Shown: piece by piece, positions 8,079 through 18,079 of the stretch
Layout of the letters: every line of letters begins with the position of its first letter
Numbering within the stretch: position 1 is the first letter of the stretch
Assembly: GCA_036396355.1 (NCBI GenBank)
Contig: DASWKZ010000131.1
Location: 1 to 55,978, forward strand
Direction of reading: 5' to 3'
Length of the DNA stretch: 55,978 nucleotides
DNA from: Alphaproteobacteria bacterium
GTDB taxonomy: Bacteria > Pseudomonadota > Alphaproteobacteria > SMXQ01
Program-made: the position numbers and the translations under genes
Notes under the pieces: generated by a model
Seen by the model: only the letters and a program-made list of their open reading frames with translations
What the model was told of the DNA's origin: nothing
Databases searched by the model: none

Positions 8079-8963
8079 ATGGCCGATGACAGGTTGATTC
8101 CCGTGCTTCCGGGCATCGGAGGCCTGGTCGAGGGCTATGGCGGCATCATCCTCGATCTCTGGGGCGTCATCCATGACGGGAGGACGCCCTATCCGGGCGC
8201 GGCGGAAACCCTCGCCCGCCTGCGGGAGGCGGGCAAGAAGGTGGTGATGCTGTCCAACGCGCCGCGCCGCGCCGCGGCGGTGATCGAGGCCATGGCGGAA
8301 ATGGGCATTGCCCGCGCGCTCTACACCGACGTGCTGTCCTCGGGGGAGCTCGCCTGGCGGGCGCTCGCGGCGCGCGACGATCCGTGGGTCGCCGGGCTCG
8401 GGCGCCGCTGCCTCCATGTCGGGCCCGAGCGCGACGCCGGCCTGTTCGACGGGCTCGACCTCGAGCGCATCGACGCCCCCGAGGAGGGCGCCTTCCTGCT
8501 CAACACCGGGCCGTGGCGGGACGAGGAGACGCTCGCCGATTTCGAGGAACTCCTGCGCCGGGCGGCGGCCTGCGCCATGCCCATGGTCTGCGCCAACCCC
8601 GACCGCGAGGTCATCCGCGGCGGCCGGCGCATCATCTGCGCCGGCGCCCTGGCCGAGCGCTACCGCGAGCTGGGCGGCGCCGTCCGCTCCTACGGCAAGC
8701 CCCATGCCGCGGCCTACCGCGCCTGCCTCGACCTCATGGGGATCGCGGATACGACCCGCATCCTGGCGATCGGCGATTCGCTCGAGACCGACATCAAGGG
8801 CGCCGCCGCCGCCGGCATCGACGCGGCGCTGGTGACCTCGGGCATCCACGCCGAGGAGCTCGGCCTCGCCTATGGCGAAGCCCCGGCGCCCCAGGCCATC
8901 ACCACCGCCTGCCGGCGCCTCGGGCTGCACCCGGTGGCCGCGGTTCCCGCGTTCCTGTGGTGA
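8079..8963 (+). CDS. HAD-superfamily hydrolase, subfamily IIA
   Basis: 294 aa. Motifs: GIILDLWGVIHDG (nucleophile motif), VMLSNAPRR, YGKPH, AIGDSLETDIKGA. Confidence 0.8.
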   Translation: MADDRLIPVLPGIGGLVEGYGGIILDLWGVIHDGRTPYPGAAETLARLREAGKKVVMLSNAPRRAAAVIEAMAEMGIARALYTDVLSSGELAWRALAARDDPWVAGLGRRCLHVGPERDAGLFDGLDLERIDAPEEGAFLLNTGPWRDEETLADFEELLRRAAACAMPMVCANPDREVIRGGRRIICAGALAERYRELGGAVRSYGKPHAAAYRACLDLMGIADTTRILAIGDSLETDIKGAAAAGIDAALVTSGIHAEELGLAYGEAPAPQAITTACRRLGLHPVAAVPAFLW

Positions 8964-9068
8964 CCCGCACCGGCATGCTTCCCATGCTTCCATTGGACCC
9001 GCATGGGCCCGTGGGACATGATGCGTCTTCAGCCACGGGGCGCCTGACGGCTCATCGCCGGATTTCAA

Positions 9069-10793
9069 ATGCCTGAGACCATGGATCTCCCCCTGTTCTA
9101 CCAGATCGCCGCCCTGCTCGTGTTGGCGGCGGGGATCGGCCTTCTCGGCGTGTTCCTGCGCCAGCCGCTGATCGTCAGCTACATCGCCGTGGGGCTGGTG
9201 GCCGGCCCCTCGGTGCTCGGAATCGCGACCGAGGGGGAGTACATCGAGTTGCTGGCGGAGCTCGGCATCGCGGTGCTGCTGTTCCTCGTCGGGCTCAAGC
9301 TCGACACCGGCCTGATCCGTTCGGTCGGGCTGGTGGCGACGGCCACCGGCCTCGGGCAGATCGTGTTCACCTCGGTGATCGGTTTCGCGATCTGCCTGGC
9401 CGTCGGGCTGGATTGGCTGACCAGCCTCTACGTCGCCGTGGCGCTCACCTTCTCGAGCACGATCATCATCGTCAAGCTGCTGTCCGACAAGGGCGAGATC
9501 GGCTCGCTCCACGGGCGCATCGCGCTCGGCTTCCTGATCGTCCAGGACATCGCGGTGGTGCTGGCGATGGTCACGCTGTCGGCCTTCGGGCTGGGCGCGG
9601 CGGCCCAGGAGGCCCATCTCGACACGGTTTCGATGATCGTCTACGCGATCGTCGTCCTCATCGGGATCGCCCTGTTCATCCGCTATCTCGCCAACCCGCT
9701 GGTCGAGAGATTGGCGCGCTCGCCGGAACTCCTGGTCTCCTTCGCCATCGGCTGGGCGGCGCTGCTGGCGGCGCTGGGCGACTTCCTCGGCTTCGGCAAG
9801 GAGCTGGGTGGCCTGCTGGCCGGTGTGTCCCTGGCCTCGACGCCGTTCCGCGAGGCGATGTCGACGCGGCTCACGAGCCTGCGCGATTTCCTGCTGCTGT
9901 TCTTCTTCATCGCCCTCGGCGCGCGGCTGGATCTCGGGGTGATCGGCGGCGACATGGTGCCGGCCGTGGTGCTCTCGCTGTTCGTGCTGGTCGGCAACCC
10001 GCTGATCGTCGTCGCCATCATGGGATACATGGGTTACCGCAAGCGGACGGGCTTCCTCGCCGGGCTCACGGTCGCCCAGATCAGCGAGTTCTCGCTGATC
10101 TTCATGGCGATGGGGCTGACCCTGGGCCACGTCACCGAGCAGGCGGTGGGGCTGGTCACGCTGGTGGGCCTCATCACCATCGGGCTCTCGGTCTACATGA
10201 TCACCTACTCCCAGGCGCTCTATTCCTGGATCGAGCCCGCTCTCACGCCCTTCGAGCGCCGGGTATCGCCGCGGGACGACCCGGAGGACGGCGGCCCCAT
10301 CGGCGATCGCTACGACGTGATCGTGATCGGCCTCGGCCGTTACGGCGGGGCCATCGCCCAGCAGTTCCGGGCCATGGGGTGGCGCGTGCTCGGTGTCGAT
10401 TTCAGCCCCATGGCCGTGCGCCGGTGGCGGGAGGAAGGCATCGATACGCTGTACGGCGATGCCGGCGATCCCGAATTCATCCAGGACCTTCCCATCGATG
10501 GCGTCAAATGGATCGTCGGCGCCATCCCCGAGCATGAGGTTGGCCTCGGTACCGCCGAGGCGCGCCTGGGCATGGTCCAGACCTTGCGGGCGCGCGGATT
10601 CCGGGGCTGCATCGCGGTCTCCTCGCACCTCCCGGCCAATATCGACCGGCTGCGGAACAGCGGCGCCAACGTCGTGCTGCTGCCGTTCCAGGACGCCGCG
10701 GACCGCGCCGTCGAGCTGATCACCGGTGCCCAGCAGCGCGAGGAGATCGTCGAGGTCATCGAGCCCGAGGAGCAGAAGGAGCTCGCGCAGTAA
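9069..10793 (+). CDS. cation:proton antiporter (CPA2/Kef-type) with C-terminal TrkA-N/RCK domain
   Basis: 574 aa. Multi-TM Na+/H+-exchanger-like N-terminal part (about 380 aa), then a Rossmann segment VIVIGLGRYGGAIAQQF and an RCK-like tail. Confidence 0.85.
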   Translation: MPETMDLPLFYQIAALLVLAAGIGLLGVFLRQPLIVSYIAVGLVAGPSVLGIATEGEYIELLAELGIAVLLFLVGLKLDTGLIRSVGLVATATGLGQIVFTSVIGFAICLAVGLDWLTSLYVAVALTFSSTIIIVKLLSDKGEIGSLHGRIALGFLIVQDIAVVLAMVTLSAFGLGAAAQEAHLDTVSMIVYAIVVLIGIALFIRYLANPLVERLARSPELLVSFAIGWAALLAALGDFLGFGKELGGLLAGVSLASTPFREAMSTRLTSLRDFLLLFFFIALGARLDLGVIGGDMVPAVVLSLFVLVGNPLIVVAIMGYMGYRKRTGFLAGLTVAQISEFSLIFMAMGLTLGHVTEQAVGLVTLVGLITIGLSVYMITYSQALYSWIEPALTPFERRVSPRDDPEDGGPIGDRYDVIVIGLGRYGGAIAQQFRAMGWRVLGVDFSPMAVRRWREEGIDTLYGDAGDPEFIQDLPIDGVKWIVGAIPEHEVGLGTAEARLGMVQTLRARGFRGCIAVSSHLPANIDRLRNSGANVVLLPFQDAADRAVELITGAQQREEIVEVIEPEEQKELAQ

Positions 10794-10943
10794 CCCGGGC
10801 CGGGCGCGGCCGGCCTCTCCCATGGCCGCATGGGCCGAATGCCTTGACGGGCCCTGGGATTCCCGGTAAACAGCGGCTTCCCGCGGCGGCGGGACCGCCG
10901 GGCGGCGGCCCCCGACCCGCCCTCGCAAGCAACCAGGACGCCC

Positions 10944-11231
10944 ATGACCCGCCAGTGCCAGATCACCGGCAAGAAGCCCGCCACCGGGAACAATGTGAGC
11001 CATGCCCACAACAAGACCCGGCGCCGGTTCCTGCCCAACGTCCAGCGCACCTCACTTATGAGCGAGGCGCTGGGGCGCATGGTGAGGCTCAGGCTGTCGA
11101 CCAGCGCCATCCGCACCGTCGAGAAGGCGGGCGGGCTCGACGCCTATCTCAAGGCGATGCCGGCGGTCGAGCTTTCGCCCGCGGTGGCCCGCCTCAAGCG
11201 CCGCATCGAGCGGGTGGCCGCGGCCGGGTGA
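10944..11231 (+). CDS. rpmB: 50S ribosomal protein bL28
   Basis: [34 protein letters not shown] is the canonical L28 N-terminus. 95 aa. Confidence 0.95.
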   Translation: MTRQCQITGKKPATGNNVSHAHNKTRRRFLPNVQRTSLMSEALGRMVRLRLSTSAIRTVEKAGGLDAYLKAMPAVELSPAVARLKRRIERVAAAG

Positions 11232-11257
11232 CGGCGGCGAGATCGCCCTAAAGCCAA

Positions 11258-11289
11258 AGGCCCGCCGGATGGCGGGCCTATCGTTTTAT
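11258..11289 (+). terminator. rho-independent terminator after rpmB (hairpin shared with the convergent methyltransferase gene)
   Basis: AGGCCCGCC-GGAT-GGCGGGCCT perfect 9-bp stem (11258-11279) followed by ATCGTTTTA. Confidence 0.7.
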
Positions 11290-12095
11290 GATCCCGCCGC
11301 AGGCACGCGACCGCGCACGGCCCAGGCGCGGGCGGGGACCGGAATGCGGCCGTCCTCCGAAACTGCTAATGATTCTTTCAATTTCGCCCGCACCCGCGTC
11401 CGGTCGTCCGGGTCCAGGTCCCGGTAACGAAGCCCGACCCGTGAGCCCATGATGTTCGAGTCCCAGTAATCGTCGAAGTCATCGAATGCGGCCTCGATCT
11501 CTATCGCGTGGGTCTCCACATCCTCTAGGCCCGCACCCTGCCATACTTCGGAGAGGCTCTCGATGTCGGCGCCCCGGGGCCGTCCGGCGCGCCGCCCCTT
11601 GGAAGCGGGAGCAACGGCCGCGATAGCCTCCCAGAGCGGCTGCGTGACGGTCCGGCCGCCCGCGCTGTCCCAGACATAGGCGGCAACGGTGCCACGGGGG
11701 CGCACGACCCGGGCCATTTCGGCGGCGGCCCGCGCCCGGTCCGAGACGAAGTTCAGGACCAGCGCCGCCGTGGCTGCGTCGAAGGCGTCGTCGGGGAAAT
11801 CCAGCTTCGTGGCGTCGCCGACGGCGAACGCCACCCTGTCGTCGTCGAATTTGTCGACGGCATAGGCGATCTGGTCGGGGGCGGGATCAATCCCGAAAAC
11901 GCGCGCCGGGGCGCACTGGCTGAGAATGACTTCGGTGAAGGCCCCCGTCCCGCAGCCGACATCCAGCCACTCCTGTCCCTTGGGGCACGAAAGCCATTGG
12001 ATGAACGGCAGGCCGGTGACCCGGCTCCAGCGCCCCATATGGCGCTCGTACCAAGCCCCTTCTCCGTGCCGCTCCTCGTGGCCGCGTTCGGGCAT
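11286..12095 (-). CDS. class I SAM-dependent methyltransferase
   Basis: 269 aa. Motif I LDVGCGTGAFTE, then FGIDPAPDQI and a Methyltransf_11-like core. Confidence 0.8.
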   Translation of the reverse strand: MPERGHEERHGEGAWYERHMGRWSRVTGLPFIQWLSCPKGQEWLDVGCGTGAFTEVILSQCAPARVFGIDPAPDQIAYAVDKFDDDRVAFAVGDATKLDFPDDAFDAATAALVLNFVSDRARAAAEMARVVRPRGTVAAYVWDSAGGRTVTQPLWEAIAAVAPASKGRRAGRPRGADIESLSEVWQGAGLEDVETHAIEIEAAFDDFDDYWDSNIMGSRVGLRYRDLDPDDRTRVRAKLKESLAVSEDGRIPVPARAWAVRGRVPAAGS

Positions 12096-12215
12096 GGACG
12101 CTCTCTCAATATGATGTCATGGCAGAGCTTAGGAATGTCGGGGGGACGCTGACAAGTACTTTGGGCCACCGGGGGCGGGGGCTTGGCACGTGGCGCAGTT
12201 TGCCGCAATTGCCCA

Positions 12216-12250
12216 TGGAAAAGGGGCCGGGTGATCCCGGCCCCTTTCGC
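12216..12250 (-). terminator. rho-independent terminator downstream of the first dienelactone hydrolase gene
   Basis: GGGGCCGGG-TGAT-CCCGGCCCC stem flanked by AAAA and TTT. On the minus strand it is followed by TTTTCC. Confidence 0.65.
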
Positions 12251-12266
12251 AAAATGACGCCTGCCC

Positions 12267-13118
12267 CTAGGCGAGGTGTTTCTTGAAATGGGCGATGGTG
12301 TGCTGCCAGGCGAGCTCGGCCGCCGCCTTGCTGTAGCGCGCCGGGCGCGTGTCGTTGTTGAAGGCGTGCCGGGTGTCCGGGTACTGGTGCATCTCGACAT
12401 TCTTGCCCGCGGCCTTCAGCGCCTTCATGTAGGCGTCGATGCCGGCATTCACGCCCTTGTCGTTGCTGGCGTAATGCAGGAGCAGGGCGGCTCTGATCCT
12501 GTCGATGCCCGACTTCGGCTGGCGTCCGTAATAGGCGACGGCGGCCTTGAGATCCCCCCACATCACCGCGAGATTGTTGGAGGCGGCGCCGCCCCAGCAG
12601 AATCCGACGCAACCGACGCTGCCGGTGGAGTTGGTGTGGCCCTGGGCGTACCTGCCGGTGGCGACGAGATTGTCGTCGATGACCTTCTTGTCGATGCCGT
12701 AGAGCATGTCGCGCGCCTTGTCCTGGTTGGTCGGCGTGCCGCCCGCGGGCGAGATCATGTCGGGGGCGACCGCCAGGAACCCCCCCAGGGCCACGCGCCG
12801 GGCGATGTCCTGGATATGGGGCGTGAGGCCGCGGTTCTCGTGGATGACGACGACCGCGGGCAGCAGCTGCGCCTTCGCGGGGTGCGCCACGTAGACGTTC
12901 ATCTGACCCTCGGCGATGAAGCTTTCCATGCGCGTCACCAGGCGCCGGTCGTCGGGGGCGACCATGGCCGCCTCGGCGCCGGTGCCCTCGAGCCAGGGCA
13001 GGATCGCCGCCGCCGCCGCGGCGCCGCCGGCCGCCCGGACCAGCTTCTGCAGGAACACGCGACGCGGTTCGTCGCTATGCACGTAATCGTCATAGAGATC
13101 GATGAACCTGTCATTCAT
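12267..13118 (-). CDS. dienelactone hydrolase family protein with Tat-type signal (paralogue 1)
   Basis: 283 aa. Twin-arginine motif EPRRVFLQKL plus an Ala-rich h-region and AEA cleavage region. DLH core: VVVIHENRGL, nucleophile elbow GCVGFCWGG, HAFNND. SD GGGAGA lies upstream of the ATG. Confidence 0.85.
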   Translation of the reverse strand: MNDRFIDLYDDYVHSDEPRRVFLQKLVRAAGGAAAAAAILPWLEGTGAEAAMVAPDDRRLVTRMESFIAEGQMNVYVAHPAKAQLLPAVVVIHENRGLTPHIQDIARRVALGGFLAVAPDMISPAGGTPTNQDKARDMLYGIDKKVIDDNLVATGRYAQGHTNSTGSVGCVGFCWGGAASNNLAVMWGDLKAAVAYYGRQPKSGIDRIRAALLLHYASNDKGVNAGIDAYMKALKAAGKNVEMHQYPDTRHAFNNDTRPARYSKAAAELAWQHTIAHFKKHLA

Positions 13119-13284
13119 GAGTCGGTCTCCCGGTTGTGCGCCGCGTAGGCGCGGTCTGGCCGGTTTGGCCGCTTGGGCGGAGGGGCCGGGACTCCCATGC
13201 CCCTTCCGCGCTCCCTGCGCCGCGCGCCGGGACCGTTCGCGGCCCCGGAACGCGGCAAGCTCCGCATGATTCGCGGATCAAGCC

Positions 13285-14139
13285 CTAGCTGACGTTCTTC
13301 TTGAAGAAGTCGATGGTGCGCCTCCACGCCAACTCCGCCGCCGCCTTGTTGTAGCGCGCCGGATTGGCGTCGTTGTTGAACGCGTGCTTGGTGCCCGGAT
13401 ACTGGTGCATCTCGAAGGTCTTGCCGGCGGCCTTCAGCGCCTTGACGTAGGCGTCGATGCCCGCGTTCACGCCCTTGTCATCCTCGGCGTAATGCAGCAG
13501 GAGCTTGGCGCCGATCTTCTCGATGCCCTCCTTGGGCTGGCGGCCGTAATAGGCCACCGCCGCCCTGAGGTCGGGGTCGGCGACGGCGAGGAAGTTGGCC
13601 CGCTGCCCGCCCCAGCAGAATCCGACGCAGCCGGCATTGCCGGTGGAGTTCCCGTGGCCCCGCGCGAATTTGGCGGTGGCGACGAGGTTGGCGATGACGT
13701 CGGCGCCCTTCAGGCCGCCGATCATGTCCCGGGCCTTGTCGCGGTCCGGCGGCGTGCCGCCGACCGGCGACAGCATGTCGGGGGCGACGGCGAGGAATCC
13801 CTCCACCGCGACCCGGCGCGCCACGTCGCGGATGTGGTCGGTGAGGCCGCGGTTCTCGTGGATCACCACCACCGCCGGCAGCTTGCCCGCGCCCTTGGGC
13901 ATGGCCACATAGGCCGCCAGGTCGCCGGTGGCGCCGGCGATCTTCTCGCCCGATGTGGCAAGACGCGGGTCGTCGGGGCCGATCATGGCGGCCTCGGCGC
14001 CGGTGCCCTCGAGCCACGGCAGGATCGCCGCCGCCGCGGCGGCGCCGCCGGCCGCCTTGACCAGCTTTTGCAGGAACACGCGCCGGGGCTCGGCGCTGTG
14101 CACGTACGCGTTGTAAAGCGCGATGATCTTGTCGTCCAT
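13285..14139 (-). CDS. dienelactone hydrolase family protein with Tat-type signal (paralogue 2)
   Basis: The internal ATG at 14139 of ORF 13285..14262 is preceded by AGGAGG and gives MDDKIIALYNAYVHSAEPRRVFLQKL.... It has the same motif set as 12267..13118. Confidence 0.85.
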   Translation of the reverse strand: MDDKIIALYNAYVHSAEPRRVFLQKLVKAAGGAAAAAAILPWLEGTGAEAAMIGPDDPRLATSGEKIAGATGDLAAYVAMPKGAGKLPAVVVIHENRGLTDHIRDVARRVAVEGFLAVAPDMLSPVGGTPPDRDKARDMIGGLKGADVIANLVATAKFARGHGNSTGNAGCVGFCWGGQRANFLAVADPDLRAAVAYYGRQPKEGIEKIGAKLLLHYAEDDKGVNAGIDAYVKALKAAGKTFEMHQYPGTKHAFNNDANPARYNKAAAELAWRRTIDFFKKNVS

Positions 14140-14368
14140 GTGGGTGCCTCCTGGGAATTGGTCCACGCCGGAGCCTTCTCCGGGCTCCCCGGTCCGGGCC
14201 TCTCCGGCCTCGGGCGTGCGCGACCGCCACGGTACTAGAGCCCGGCGGATGACGGCTGTCAAATCGGTCGTGATCCCCCCGGAACGGCGCCGAGCATGGC
14301 GCAGGATTGTGTCCGGAATATGGTCCGGCGCGTGGCCCGGCGGGGCGGGAAAGCCGCCTCGCCCGAGC

Positions 14369-16237
14369 CTAGCGGGTGGCGCGTGACGCCGTCTGGCGGT
14401 GCCGGTTGGCTTCCTCGGGCGGCACGAAGTCCTCGTCGAACAGCTCGGACAGCTTGTCCATCATGGTGCCGCCCAGCTGCTCGGCATCGACGATGGTGAC
14501 TGCGCGCTTGTAGTACCGGGTGACGTCGTGGCCGATGCCGATGGCCACCAGCTCCACGGGGGAATGGGCCTCGATCCACTCGATCACCCGCCGCAGGTGC
14601 TGCTCCAGGTAGTTCCCGGGATTGACCGAGAGGGTCGAATCGTCGACCGGTGCGCCGTCGGAGATGACCATCAGGATGCGGCGCTGCTCCGGCCGCCCGA
14701 TGAGGCGGTTGTGGGCCCACATCAGGGCCTCGCCGTCGATGTTCTCCTTGAGGAGGCCCTCGCGCAGCATCAGTCCGAGGTTCTTGCGGGTGCGCCGCCA
14801 CGGCGCGTCGGCGGCCTTGTAGATGATGTGGCGCAGGTCGTTGAGGCGGCCCGGACGCGGCGGCTTGCCGGCGGCAAGCCAGCGCTCGCGCGACTGGCCG
14901 CCCTTCCAGGCGCGGGTGGTGAACCCGAGGATCTCGACCTTGACGGCGCAGCGCTCGAGCGTGCGGGCGAGGATGTCGGCGCTCATGGCGGCAAGGGTGA
15001 TGGGCCGGCCCCGCATCGACCCGGAGTTGTCGATCAGGAGCGTCACCGCCGTGTCGCGGAACTCCATCTCCTTCTCCTGCTTGTAGGAGAGGGGATAGAG
15101 CGGGTTGGTGACCACCCGGTGCAGCCGGGCCGCGTCGAGGATCCCCTCGTCGAGGTCGAACTCCCAGGCGCGCGCCTGCTTGGCCATGAGCTGGCGCTGG
15201 AGGCGGTTGGCGAGGCGCGCGATCACCCCCTGGAGGTGGCTGAGCTGGTTGTCCAGATGCGCGCGCAGGCGGGTGAGCTCCTGCTCGTCGCACAGCTCGG
15301 GGGCGTCGATGACCTCGTCGAAGGTGGTGGTGAAGGCGGTGTACTGGGGCCGCTCGTTGGACAGCGGGCCGCGCGGCGCCCAGCGCAGGTCCGGCGGCAG
15401 CGCATCGCCGTCCCCCATGCCGTCGCTGGTGTCCTCCATGGCCTCGTCGGACATCCCCCGCTCGCCGTCCTCGCTCTCGTCGAGCGACTGGTCGCCCCGG
15501 CTCTCGAGGCTCTCGGAGTCCTCGCTGTCCATGCCCTGGGTCTCGGGATTGGCGGTCTCGTCCTCCTCGCCCTCGCCGTCGGCCTCGGCCTCCAGATCCT
15601 CCTCCGCGTCCATGTCGCCGAGGGCGAGGTCGGCGATGAACTTGTTGAGCGCCCGGGCGAACGCCTCCTGGTCGCCGACGTTGGCGCGCAGGGCCTCGAA
15701 GTCCTGGCCGGCCCGCTCGGTGACCCAGTTCCGCCACTGATTGACGATGCCGCGGATATTCTCGGGCGGGGCCTTGCCGGTGAGCTGCTCGCGCACGATG
15801 AGGCCGACGACCTCGGGCACCGGGATATTCTCGTACTCGTTGACGCGATCGAAGCTGAGCGCCTTGCAGCGATCGGCGAGCGCCGCGTCGAGATTGGAGG
15901 CCACGCCCCTCATGTGCTGGGCGCCGACCGCCTCGAAGCGGGCCTGCTCCACCTCGTTGTAGATCTTCCGCGAGGTCTCGCCCGACGGCATCTTGGCGGC
16001 GTGGATCTTGTCGTCGTGGTAGCGCAGCTTGAGGGCCATGGAATCGGCGTGGCCGCGCAGCTTCGAGACTTCCTGGTCGGGCAGCGAGCGCGGCGGCGTC
16101 TGCAGCCGCGCGTGATTGCCGCGGATGCGCGGCGGATCGGGCGTGAATTCGACCTCGAGGTCACGCTTGTGGGAAACCGCCCGCATGGCGGCGGCGGTGA
16201 CCCGCCGGAATTCCTCGACCGGATTGTCCTTGGCCAT
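14369..16237 (-). CDS. cobT: CobT-type vWA protein (annotated family: cobaltochelatase subunit CobT)
   Basis: The in-frame ATG at 16237 of ORF 14369..16381 gives [21 protein letters not shown]. There is an acidic linker ([16 protein letters not shown]). The C-terminal vWA domain has the MIDAS motif [11 protein letters not shown]. Confidence 0.85.
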   Translation of the reverse strand: MAKDNPVEEFRRVTAAAMRAVSHKRDLEVEFTPDPPRIRGNHARLQTPPRSLPDQEVSKLRGHADSMALKLRYHDDKIHAAKMPSGETSRKIYNEVEQARFEAVGAQHMRGVASNLDAALADRCKALSFDRVNEYENIPVPEVVGLIVREQLTGKAPPENIRGIVNQWRNWVTERAGQDFEALRANVGDQEAFARALNKFIADLALGDMDAEEDLEAEADGEGEEDETANPETQGMDSEDSESLESRGDQSLDESEDGERGMSDEAMEDTSDGMGDGDALPPDLRWAPRGPLSNERPQYTAFTTTFDEVIDAPELCDEQELTRLRAHLDNQLSHLQGVIARLANRLQRQLMAKQARAWEFDLDEGILDAARLHRVVTNPLYPLSYKQEKEMEFRDTAVTLLIDNSGSMRGRPITLAAMSADILARTLERCAVKVEILGFTTRAWKGGQSRERWLAAGKPPRPGRLNDLRHIIYKAADAPWRRTRKNLGLMLREGLLKENIDGEALMWAHNRLIGRPEQRRILMVISDGAPVDDSTLSVNPGNYLEQHLRRVIEWIEAHSPVELVAIGIGHDVTRYYKRAVTIVDAEQLGGTMMDKLSELFDEDFVPPEEANRHRQTASRATR

Positions 16238-16272
16238 GGTCGCGCGGTCCGTCCGCGGCGGCGCCCCGGCGG

Positions 16273-17292
16273 TCAGGCCCCGGCGCGGGTGCCGTGGCCC
16301 GCGCGGGTGGATTCCGCGAGCTCCTCGCCGAAGCAGCGCTGGTAGTACTCGGCCACGGTGGCCCGCTCCATCTCGTCGCACTTGTTGAGGAAGCTGACGC
16401 GGAAGGCATAGCCCAGGTCGTCGAAGATGCGGTTGTTCTCGGCCCAGGTGATGACCGTGCGGGGCGACATCACGGTGGAGATGTCGCCGGCCATGAACCC
16501 GGCGCGGGTGAGATCCGCGAGCGCGATCATGTTGGAGACGATCTCCCGGCCCTTCTTGTTGTCGTAGCTGGGCGCCTTGGCCAGCACGATCTTCATCTCG
16601 TCCTCATGGGGCAGATAGTTGAGGGTAGCGATGATGTGCCAGCGGTCGAGCTGCCCCTGGTTGAGCTGCTGGGTGCCGTGATAGAGCCCGGTGGTGTCGC
16701 CGAGGCCGACCGTGTTGGTGGTGGAGAACAGGCGGAAGTAGGGGTGGGGGCGGATGATCCTGTTCTGATCGATCAGGGTCAGCCGGCCGTCGACCTCAAG
16801 CACCCGCTGGATCACGAACATGACGTCGGGGCGTCCCGCGTCGTACTCGTCGAAGACCAGCGCGGTCGGGGTCTGGAGGGCCCAGGGAAGGATCCCCTCC
16901 CGGTACTCGGTCACCTGCTTGCCGTCGCGCAGCACGATGGCGTCCTTGCCCAGGAGGTCGATGCGGCTGATGTGGCTGTCGAGGTTGACCCGGACGCAGG
17001 GCCAGTTCAGGCGCGACGCCACCTGCTCGATATGGGTGGACTTCCCGGTGCCGTGGTAGCCCTGGATCATGACCCGCCGGTTGTGGGCGAATCCCGCCAG
17101 GATCGCCAGCGTGGTGTTGGAATCGAAGTGATAGGCCTCGTCCACGTCCGGCACGTAGTCGCTCCGCTGGGAGAATCCGGGAACCTGGAGGTCGGACTCG
17201 ATGCCGAACGCCTGGCGGACGGACACTTCTATGTCGGGCTGCTCGAGTGGGTGAACGGGAGTCTGGTTATCGCTCGTGATCGTCGTCGACAT
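16273..17292 (-). CDS. cobS: CobS-type MoxR-like AAA+ ATPase (annotated family: cobaltochelatase subunit CobS)
   Basis: 339 aa. Walker [16 protein letters not shown], Walker [13 protein letters not shown], and the typical CobS N-terminus ([12 protein letters not shown]). Confidence 0.88.
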   Translation of the reverse strand: MSTTITSDNQTPVHPLEQPDIEVSVRQAFGIESDLQVPGFSQRSDYVPDVDEAYHFDSNTTLAILAGFAHNRRVMIQGYHGTGKSTHIEQVASRLNWPCVRVNLDSHISRIDLLGKDAIVLRDGKQVTEYREGILPWALQTPTALVFDEYDAGRPDVMFVIQRVLEVDGRLTLIDQNRIIRPHPYFRLFSTTNTVGLGDTTGLYHGTQQLNQGQLDRWHIIATLNYLPHEDEMKIVLAKAPSYDNKKGREIVSNMIALADLTRAGFMAGDISTVMSPRTVITWAENNRIFDDLGYAFRVSFLNKCDEMERATVAEYYQRCFGEELAESTRAGHGTRAGA

Positions 17293-17340
17293 AAAGAACC
17301 TTTTCCATCTCTTGGGCCACTGAATCGTCGGGACTCGGTC

Positions 17341-17958
17341 TCACACGCCGAGCCTCTGCTTGAGCAGGGCATAGGCCTGATTGATCAATTTTAGCCGTTC
17401 TTCCGCGGCCTTGTCGCCCCCGTTGGCGTCGGGGTGGTGGCGCTTGACGAGCTGGATGTAGCAAGCCTTGAGCGCCGCCACCGTCAGCGGCGGAGAGAGG
17501 CCCATCACGTCGCAAGCCTCGCGCTCGTCCGCGGCCGGGTCCCGGGGCCCGCGGGCCCCTCCCCCGGCACGGTGCTCCGAGGCGGCCGTCCGCTCGTCCT
17601 CGAACAGGCCGAAGCCGTCGCGCATCCGGTCGAAGCGGGCGCGGGCGAACCCGCCGCCGAGTCGCCCGAGGGGCCAGGTCGGGCGCCAGCCGACGGTGTC
17701 GGAGCGGATCTGCGCCTCGATGTCGGCCTCGCTCTTGCCGGCGCAGTAGTTCCACGCCCTGTTGTATTCGCGCACGTGCTGGAGGCAGAACCAATAATAG
17801 TCCCTGAGCCGCTCCGGGGCCATGGGCGCGCGGTAGACGCCCCGCTCGCCGCATCCCTTGTGATCACAGGGGCGGCGGTCGGCGTCATCGGGCGCATCGG
17901 CTCGTCCGTTCCCGCGGGCGGCGCGCCGGAAAGAGGCGCCTGAGGCGGCCTTCAGCAT
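17341..17958 (-). CDS. J-domain (DnaJ-like) protein
   Basis: 205 aa. C-terminal J domain with HPD (YIQLVKRHHPDANGGD...INQAY). N-terminal Cys/His-containing module CDHKGCGERGVYRAP...YWFCLQHVREYNRAWNY. Confidence 0.8.
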   Translation of the reverse strand: MLKAASGASFRRAARGNGRADAPDDADRRPCDHKGCGERGVYRAPMAPERLRDYYWFCLQHVREYNRAWNYCAGKSEADIEAQIRSDTVGWRPTWPLGRLGGGFARARFDRMRDGFGLFEDERTAASEHRAGGGARGPRDPAADEREACDVMGLSPPLTVAALKACYIQLVKRHHPDANGGDKAAEERLKLINQAYALLKQRLGV

Positions 17959-18079
17959 ACCGGGAATATGAGGGCATCGCCGGCCCCGCGCAAGGATTCC
18001 GGGTCAGAATGCCGGGACGGCGAGGCTCGTGGGACAAGGTTATCAAGGTTATAATGTCGGCGGCGTGCTTTGCCTGAGG

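Noticed and set aside
8049-11009. 986-aa minus-strand ORF spanning the HAD, Kef and rpmB loci
   Set aside because: It has no motifs and extreme R/G/D/H/P composition. It is antisense to three well-supported plus-strand genes, including ribosomal protein L28. It is a GC-driven shadow ORF.
12184-12203. TGGCAC ... TTGC, which looked like a sigma54 -24/-12 promoter
   Set aside because: The spacing between TGGCAC and TTGC is 10 nt rather than the canonical 5 or so. There is also no plus-strand gene downstream for it to drive.
16238-17340. Cobalamin riboswitch or other leader associated with cobS/cobT
   Set aside because: The intergenic spaces are only 35 and 48 nt. Nothing resembling a B12-box is visible.
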